This document shows, in pieces, positions 58,031 through 64,000 of a stretch of 64,000 bases of DNA. Each line of letters begins with the position of its first letter. Within the stretch, counting starts at the first letter, position 1. The DNA comes from Ignavibacteria bacterium (lineage in GTDB: Bacteria > Bacteroidota > Ignavibacteria > OLB7). Both the position numbers and the translations under genes were made by a program. The notes under the pieces were generated by a model. It was not told where the DNA came from and ran no database searches. It saw only the letters and a program-made list of their open reading frames with translations. Where the stretch lies: contig JACKAE010000001.1 in assembly GCA_020635205.1 (NCBI GenBank), positions 128,042 to 192,041 on the forward strand, read 5' to 3'.

Positions 58031-59653
58031 TTGTGCAAGGCAAAGTATAGTATGGGGAAGCATTCTTCACAGAGAATCATGTTTGGGGTATCGGTGCGAT
58101 CAATTCTGTCTCTACGTTCTCTTCTTCTTTCTCTCGCTGGATTCGTCTGTCTAATCCAGAGTTCTCTCTTCGCTCAAAACCGAATCTATCCTACCGTTCT
58201 CTATTCTGGGGTGAACCCAATTACCGTTTTTGCCACCGATGGCATTTCGAAAGTTGAAATTCGAACGAGGCGTGGGTGGGAACCTCTCAGTAGTAGTTAT
58301 GAGACTTCATACTATCGCGTAATGACAATGCCAGTCTTCGGTTACTGTGCAAAACAGGCGAGCTTTTCACTTTGGGTTGAACGTATCGATAGAAATTTCG
58401 AAGTGGAGATTCGGGTAACTGATTGCGATGGTTCTACCAGAGAGTATGACCTTGGTCTGGAGAATACTTGGACACTCTTCCATGAAGATTTCGGTACGGT
58501 GACGCTCGACGACCGACCCTGCCATACATTTATGGTTCAATCGCAGGGGGGAGATTTTGTTATTGATGAAATTACCAGCTCATCACGGCAATTCACTATC
58601 CGGTATCCCTTTAAAAAACCACCATTGCGGATACAAGGCTCCAAAACATACCGCTATTCTGTCTGTTTCAAACCGGAGCGTCTCGGTCAGCTTAAGATTC
58701 CAATTAACGTACTCATTCGTCGTGGTCAACCGGTAGGAAAGTATACAACCTATGTCGTAGCGGACACAGCCTACGTGAACGTGATTGATCCATCACGACC
58801 AAATACTCCACCTCACTATGATCCTCCCCCAGTGCAGCCTCCACCAAAGCCACGTCCTCCGAAGATTCCACCCGGTGGCCCTGACACTCCTCCTGCTCCT
58901 CCAATTCAGGCATTCCCTCTGGATCCAATACCACCGGAGCCACTCTTTAGTGATACGAACGAACCACGTGTGGCCGGTTTGAGGGAGCCATTAGAGAAAG
59001 CTCCAGAAGAACCGCTGCCGGAGTTTGTACACGATCCCACAACGTTCCGAACGATTCTAACCCCTACTGCCCGCTCAGTTGGAAAGGGGAAGGGGTTTAT
59101 AGCAAGCTATGATGTGGCTGGAATTATTGCTGGATATGGCGTGACTGATAAGTTTACGTTAATCGGCGGAGGTGTCTACATCCCCTCTTTTATCAACAAC
59201 ACGTTTGCTGGAACACTGGGTGGGAAGTATGAGTTCTACCACAACAACCTATTCCGGATAGCAGGTGGAGTTCAAGGGAATTTTTCCAGTACAGATAAAT
59301 CAGATATTGTCTCAGTTGCTCCCTACATTACGGCGAACTGGGGGACAGTAGACTATTCAGCCAATCTGACTGCCGGATACTCCTGGCGTCGGCACATGCC
59401 GAGCGATACAATTGTTCCCCCCTTCGAGCGGAGAGCCGCACTCATTGGAATCGGTGGTGACTATCGGTTTGCTAAGCATTGGAAAGTTGCAGGGGAAGCC
59501 TTCCTTCTCGAGAACTCCACCTTCCAGCCTGCTGCGATTACGTTCCGTTGGTTCAACAATCGTGTGGCCGTTGATGCCGGGCTTGCTGTGGACCTTACTC
59601 CCGATAACGGTCTACAACTACTACCAGTGATTAGTGGTATCTGGACCTGGTAA
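58031..59653 (+). CDS. secreted protein with proline-rich linker and C-terminal beta-barrel-like domain (hypothetical)
   Basis: Signal peptide (LLLSLAGFVCLIQSSLFAQN). The central PPHYDPPPVQPPPKPRPPKIPPGGPDTPPAPPIQAFPLDPIPPEP is TonB/periplasm-spanning-like. C-terminal ~200 aa have alternating hydrophobics and end ISGIWTW. Confidence 0.4.
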   Translation: MCKAKYSMGKHSSQRIMFGVSVRSILSLRSLLLSLAGFVCLIQSSLFAQNRIYPTVLYSGVNPITVFATDGISKVEIRTRRGWEPLSSSYETSYYRVMTMPVFGYCAKQASFSLWVERIDRNFEVEIRVTDCDGSTREYDLGLENTWTLFHEDFGTVTLDDRPCHTFMVQSQGGDFVIDEITSSSRQFTIRYPFKKPPLRIQGSKTYRYSVCFKPERLGQLKIPINVLIRRGQPVGKYTTYVVADTAYVNVIDPSRPNTPPHYDPPPVQPPPKPRPPKIPPGGPDTPPAPPIQAFPLDPIPPEPLFSDTNEPRVAGLREPLEKAPEEPLPEFVHDPTTFRTILTPTARSVGKGKGFIASYDVAGIIAGYGVTDKFTLIGGGVYIPSFINNTFAGTLGGKYEFYHNNLFRIAGGVQGNFSSTDKSDIVSVAPYITANWGTVDYSANLTAGYSWRRHMPSDTIVPPFERRAALIGIGGDYRFAKHWKVAGEAFLLENSTFQPAAITFRWFNNRVAVDAGLAVDLTPDNGLQLLPVISGIWTW

Positions 59654-59781
59654 AAGAGATAGTCTGAAGAAAGTTGAGCTTCCTCTGCAAGAAGCAACAT
59701 ATCTTCAGCTGATAGAAAAGATTCCTTCCTGTAGATGTAAGAGTTCCCCTATCTTTCCGTTGAATCAGCTTATCATATACT

Positions 59782-61161
59782 ATGCGTCTGACCTGGCATA
59801 TACTTCGAATGCACATCGGTCCGTTCTTCTTTGGAACAGCCGTTGTGGTTTTCATCTTCTTCTTGCAGTTCGTTTTCAAAACGCTGGATGAACTTGTGGG
59901 GAAAGATCTCTCCTACGGCGTGATCGCTGAACTCTACACCTACAATCTTGCTTGGATGTTAGTCCTCGCTGTTCCGATGGGTGTTCTCTTCGCCACGTTG
60001 ATGGCCTACGGAAAGTTGAGTGCCCAAAATGAGCTGACGATTATCAAGAGTGCTGGCGGAAGTGCGTTCCGAGCAATGTTTCCAGCTATTCTGGGGGGAA
60101 CAATTCTCTTCGCTATGCTCCAATATTTCAACGACCAAATACTTCCTGAGACCAACCACAAAGCCTATGTGATGTTAACCGACATCAAGCAGCTTCGTCC
60201 AACGGCGGCTATTGAACCAGGACAATTCAGTTCGTTGGAGGGATATAGTATTCTGGCTCGCCAGGTTGATCGGGAGAAGGATGTGTTGGAGAACGTGACG
60301 ATCTACCAGCGCCAGGGACCGAACTTAAGCGTACTGAATGCCGGGCGGGCTGAGATTGCCTACAACAAAGACCTCACAAAAATTCTGATGACTTTGTATG
60401 ATGGGGAGGCGCAGCGGATCAACCGAAATAATCCCGGAGAGTTTCGGCGCTTTGCCTTTCGGGAATATCAGTTGACGATCAACACAAGTGGGCAGAAGTT
60501 CGAGCAGACTGATCCGACTACGTTTGGCAGAACGGACAGAACTATGAACATCGCACAGATGCAGGCGATTGTCGATACGTCGAATGTGCATCGGGAGAGA
60601 GCTGAGGAGGAGTTGAGGGAAGTGATAGAAGAACAGAAGAGATTAATTGATTCTGGACAAGTGGCGGTGGCGTCCACCGGGATGACCCGAAGCCAAGCTG
60701 CGCAGGCGGCGTTGGGACACCTTGCTGGGATTCGAGGGGAGTTGCAGCGGATAAGCGGATCGATTCAAAGAGCACGCAAGGAGACGAACAAGTACCTCGT
60801 AGAGATTCACAAGAAGTATTCAATTCCGGCTGCCTGCTTGATCTTCGTCTTCGTTGGCGCACCCCTCGGTATCGTTGTTCGGCGCGGGAACTTTGGTGTC
60901 TCTGCCGTAATTGCCCTCGGCTTCTTCGTGATTTATTGGGCCTCACTTGTCGTCGGCGAAAAACTGGCCGACCGTGATATTCTCAGCCCTGCTCTCGGCA
61001 TGTGGCTCGGCGATATTATTGTTGGTGCAATGGGTCTCTATCTCACCATCCTTGTCTCCCGCGAGACAGTGATGCTTCGACTGGACTTCCCGAGGATCAA
61101 ACGTTTCCTTAGAATCTTCTCAAGAAAGAGGAATGTCCCTATCTCGCCAGAAGTGAGTTAA
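59782..61161 (+). CDS. LptF/LptG-family (YjgP/YjgQ) lipopolysaccharide export permease
   Basis: Conserved N-terminus (ILRMHIGPFFFGTAVVVFIFFLQFVFKTLDELVGK, ELTIIKSAGGS), a periplasmic beta-jellyroll insert and three C-terminal TM helices. Confidence 0.8.
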   Translation: MRLTWHILRMHIGPFFFGTAVVVFIFFLQFVFKTLDELVGKDLSYGVIAELYTYNLAWMLVLAVPMGVLFATLMAYGKLSAQNELTIIKSAGGSAFRAMFPAILGGTILFAMLQYFNDQILPETNHKAYVMLTDIKQLRPTAAIEPGQFSSLEGYSILARQVDREKDVLENVTIYQRQGPNLSVLNAGRAEIAYNKDLTKILMTLYDGEAQRINRNNPGEFRRFAFREYQLTINTSGQKFEQTDPTTFGRTDRTMNIAQMQAIVDTSNVHRERAEEELREVIEEQKRLIDSGQVAVASTGMTRSQAAQAALGHLAGIRGELQRISGSIQRARKETNKYLVEIHKKYSIPAACLIFVFVGAPLGIVVRRGNFGVSAVIALGFFVIYWASLVVGEKLADRDILSPALGMWLGDIIVGAMGLYLTILVSRETVMLRLDFPRIKRFLRIFSRKRNVPISPEVS

Positions 61162-61263
61162 TAAGCATGGTTGGAGAATGAGAACAGAATTCTTGTCTCC
61201 CCTTTCAGCAAGGGAATAGTCTGGTTGGGCTATAGAACCCAACATTTATTCGGATTGAACTTC

Positions 61264-62901
61264 ATGGATCGACGAGCCTTTCTGACATTAACTCAGCAAC
61301 AGACAACCTTCAACAGAAATGGTGAAGCCAGTCTCTCTATCCCTGACTTTACTGAGACCCCAAGCCTTCAGCCATATGAAGATTCGCTGGGGCGGCAAGA
61401 TATTTATCACCTGCTTCGTCGGACACTTGTTGCCCCTTCGCGGACTGATATAGAACAAAGTATATCGATGACGCTGGAAGAGCTTGTCGATCAGTTGCTC
61501 GACGACTCTGCTTCTCTTCCAGGCCCTCCCCGCTTTGTCAGTGAGTGCTTGAATGCGTCGGCTCTCTACTGGGATTCTGGGCGGACAGAAATCATCGACA
61601 CCTTCTTCGATGAACTTCGTCGATGGTGGCTACTCTTGATGACGAACAGTCGCCTTTCGGCTCGAGAACGATTGACTCTCTTCTGGCACAACCACTTTTC
61701 TGTCAATGCTCGAGTTGTTCAGGACTCACGCTATATCTATCTCCAGAATCAACTCTTTCGCCGTCACGCCCTCGGCAACTTCAAAACCTTAGTTGCCGAT
61801 GTGACCAAGGACAAAGCAATGCTTCTCTTCCTCGACGGCAAGAACAACAAGGCAAACTATCGGAACGAGAACTATGCACGTGAGCTTCAGGAGTTGTTCA
61901 CGATTGGCATTGCCGATAATGATGGGAGTCCGAACTACACACAAGAAGATGTTGTGGAGGCAGCCAAGGCGTTAACCGGATGGGATTGGGTGGGACTTGG
62001 AATGCAGGGAGATGTGGCGAGCAATTTGCTGACTGGGCACGATCTCTCCGACAAGGTGCTCTACGGTGAGAAAATTACCGGCCAGAACGAAGGGGGGCCA
62101 GAACTGTCACGGCTTCTCGACATTATCTTTTCAAAGGAAGAGACTGCCCGCTATGTGATCCGTAAACTCTATCGTTTCCTTGTCTACACCGACACAACAT
62201 TAACGCCGGTTCGTCCAATACCGGCAATTGTTGAAGAGAATATCATTGCTCCACTTGCGGCAGAGTTTCGCGATTCAAACTGGGAGATTACTCCTGTCTT
62301 GAAACGGCTGCTGATGAGTCGCCATTTCTACGATCCCGCAATTCGTGGTGCGATGATTAAGAGTCCTGTAGATCTTTTCGTCAGCCTGATGCGAAGTACA
62401 CTTGTTGATCCGTTAACGGGTGATCCGGGTGAGTTTGCCGGGCAGTATGCGCAGGATCGAGCAACAGAACTTGGTCAGAACCTCTTCCACCCACCCGGCG
62501 TGCAAGGTTGGCAGTTCTATCGTTCGTGGATTAGTTCCTCTACTCTTCCCAAACGACATTTCTATACCGATGAACTTCTCTACGGTGTGCAAGTGCGCAT
62601 CGTAGACCGACTGAACTTGGTTTTCACCGGACCGATTAACCGTGATGGTACTTGGAAAGTCGACGTTCTCTCATTCGGAAAACAGTTTACCTCGTTTGAT
62701 GAGCCGGAAGAGTTTGTTCGAGATGTTGCCGAGCACATGCTGGCGTTTCCAGCATCAGAACAACTGCTCGACAGACTGTTGGCTGAGTTAGTAGAAGGTC
62801 GTGCCTACGAGTGGCCTGATTTGAGTGATGAAATCAGGACAACACGTATTCAGAAGATGTTGCGCTACTTGATGCGCTCAACAAATTTTCAGTTGATGTA
62901 G
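61264..62901 (+). CDS. DUF1800-family protein
   Basis: Tat-like MDRRAFLTL leader (start at 61264). Hallmark LTLFWHNHFSV and LLFLDGKNNKANYRNENYARELQELFTIG blocks of DUF1800. Confidence 0.75.
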   Translation: MDRRAFLTLTQQQTTFNRNGEASLSIPDFTETPSLQPYEDSLGRQDIYHLLRRTLVAPSRTDIEQSISMTLEELVDQLLDDSASLPGPPRFVSECLNASALYWDSGRTEIIDTFFDELRRWWLLLMTNSRLSARERLTLFWHNHFSVNARVVQDSRYIYLQNQLFRRHALGNFKTLVADVTKDKAMLLFLDGKNNKANYRNENYARELQELFTIGIADNDGSPNYTQEDVVEAAKALTGWDWVGLGMQGDVASNLLTGHDLSDKVLYGEKITGQNEGGPELSRLLDIIFSKEETARYVIRKLYRFLVYTDTTLTPVRPIPAIVEENIIAPLAAEFRDSNWEITPVLKRLLMSRHFYDPAIRGAMIKSPVDLFVSLMRSTLVDPLTGDPGEFAGQYAQDRATELGQNLFHPPGVQGWQFYRSWISSSTLPKRHFYTDELLYGVQVRIVDRLNLVFTGPINRDGTWKVDVLSFGKQFTSFDEPEEFVRDVAEHMLAFPASEQLLDRLLAELVEGRAYEWPDLSDEIRTTRIQKMLRYLMRSTNFQLM

Positions 62902-62951
62902 ATAGTAGTTGGTGGTTAGTAGGATAGCTGAACTGTTCTCCACGATATGTT

Positions 62952-62993
62952 CCTGTTTTGAATTTTGCCTTTTGAATTTTTAATTGATTTTTC
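62952..62993 (+). promoter_or_regulatory. conserved TTTTGAATTTT-repeat leader (second copy)
   Basis: cctgttttgaattttgccttttgaatttttaattgatttttcATG. See 24290-24346. Confidence 0.4.
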
Positions 62994-64000
62994 ATGCGTC
63001 GACGTGACTTCCTCAAACGAATCCCTCCAGTCTTGGCGACCCCTTTTGCGTTGCACGGGCTGCGCATGCAAGGGCTGGCCGAGACAAATCGACTCTATGA
63101 GGGATTGGCAAAGATTGAAGAGACAGATCGTGTCTTGGTGATTATTCAGCTTGAGGGGGGAAACGATGGACTGAATACGGTTATCCCTTTTGAGGATGCA
63201 ATCTACTATAACGCCCGGCCCAATTTAGCTGTAGCGAAAGAAGAAGTGCTTCGCCTTAACGGTCAATCTCTTCTCGGTATGAATCCGGTGATGGAGGGGA
63301 TGGCGAGCCTGTTTAACGATGGAGAACTATCCATTGTTCAGAACATTGGCTACGATCAGATGAACCTTTCCCACTTCACCGGAACTGAAATCTGGAACAC
63401 TGCTTCTGGGTGGCGCAAAGATGAGTTTTTGAATACTGGATGGGTGGGGCGATACCTCGCAGGTGAATACCCTGACTTCCCCGATGTGCTGCCAGATGCC
63501 CCCCCCGCTGTTGAGATCAGTCCGGCAACGTCTTCAATCTTTACTGTTGTCGGTGCTTCGATTGCAATGTCGTTGACCGATCCTCAGGAGTTCTACGACC
63601 TCGTTTCTGCCGGACCAAATGTGAGCGATGAAGTAGATGTGACAACGCTTGCTGGTAGAGAGTGGGAGTTCATCGACTTAATTAATCGTCAGTCAATTAC
63701 GTTTGCCGACACTGTCCGTTCTGCTGCGACCAAAGCGGAGAATCAAGTAACCTATCCCGACACTGACTTTGCCCGAGCACTCGCTATCGTTGCTCGACTT
63801 GTTGCGGGGGGATTAGGTACGCGGATTTACAAGGTGCGCCTCGGCAACTTCGATACGCACGGAGGGCAAGCTGTTGTCCACCCACTCTTGCTTCAAACGT
63901 TGAGTGATGGAGTTAAAGCATTTCAAGATGACCTTCACGCTCTCAACGTTGCCAACCGAGTTGTCGGCATGACTTACTCTGAATTTGGCAGACGTGTCGG
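62994..64000 (+). CDS. DUF1501-family (sulfatase/alkaline-phosphatase-like fold) protein, Tat signal, 3-prime partial
   Basis: Twin-arginine leader MRRRDFLKRIPPVLATPFALHG. LVIIQLEGGNDGLNTVIPF and NIGYDQMNLSHF are typical DUF1501 blocks. The ORF runs open to the window end. It is the usual partner of DUF1800. Confidence 0.75.
   Translation, partial: MRRRDFLKRIPPVLATPFALHGLRMQGLAETNRLYEGLAKIEETDRVLVIIQLEGGNDGLNTVIPFEDAIYYNARPNLAVAKEEVLRLNGQSLLGMNPVMEGMASLFNDGELSIVQNIGYDQMNLSHFTGTEIWNTASGWRKDEFLNTGWVGRYLAGEYPDFPDVLPDAPPAVEISPATSSIFTVVGASIAMSLTDPQEFYDLVSAGPNVSDEVDVTTLAGREWEFIDLINRQSITFADTVRSAATKAENQVTYPDTDFARALAIVARLVAGGLGTRIYKVRLGNFDTHGGQAVVHPLLLQTLSDGVKAFQDDLHALNVANRVVGMTYSEFGRRV

Noticed and set aside
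1-64000. Searched by eye for tRNA, rRNA, integrase, transposase and phage genes
   Set aside because: None of the ORFs resembles an integrase, transposase or rRNA. I did not spot a cloverleaf, but tRNAs cannot be excluded without tRNAscan-SE.

Overview
This 64 kb window looks like a chromosomal segment from a Gram-negative bacterium of the FCB group (Bacteroidota / Ignavibacteriota / Chlorobiota-like), with GC around 50%. The assignment rests on two things. First, at least seven secreted proteins end in the roughly 80-residue type IX secretion (T9SS/Por) C-terminal sorting domain. Second, an OmpA-family protein carries a long run of thrombospondin type-3 (D-x-D-x-D-G) repeats.

The backbone is ordinary housekeeping and transport:
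- RNA methyltransferases TrmH/RlmB and RsmE.
- Ion transport: a 6TM K+ channel, an NhaP Na+/H+ antiporter, MscS, and VIT and TerC membrane proteins.
- An SPFH protein, HemE, DapD, Lon, ArsC, an LptF/LptG permease, and an orphan peptide-type ABC ATPase.
- A fragmented aromatic lower pathway in the order RidA, 2-keto-4-pentenoate hydratase, acetaldehyde dehydrogenase, 4-hydroxy-2-oxovalerate aldolase.

The non-routine content is as follows:
1. A dispersed intergenic repeat family of about 150-300 nt, core GTTCGTAGAG / TGTAGAGTTTATAGAG, present in at least five intergenic spacers in both orientations.
2. A minus-strand cluster of an FGE-sulfatase (GldK/GldJ-like) lipoprotein plus three tandem paralogous outer-membrane beta-barrel candidates plus a secreted protein.
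3. Two ECF sigma / anti-sigma operons whose anti-sigma factors carry a long Ser/Pro-rich linker and a C-terminal beta-rich domain. One is followed by a large T9SS cargo protein, the other by outer-membrane proteins.
4. A 1015-aa Gly-rich (GTIGGG) beta-helix-like repeat protein with near-identical 90-nt tandem DNA repeats, sitting next to a LytTR regulator.
5. A K+ channel gene followed 2 nt after its stop by a membrane-anchored protein with seven novel 22-aa repeats.
6. An AT-rich island of about 2 kb that truncates a T9SS cargo gene.
7. Two genes, the hydratase and the DUF1501 gene, preceded by nearly identical 40-nt leader sequences.

I found no rRNA, CRISPR arrays, integrases or transposases. 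I could not run a proper tRNA scan by eye.
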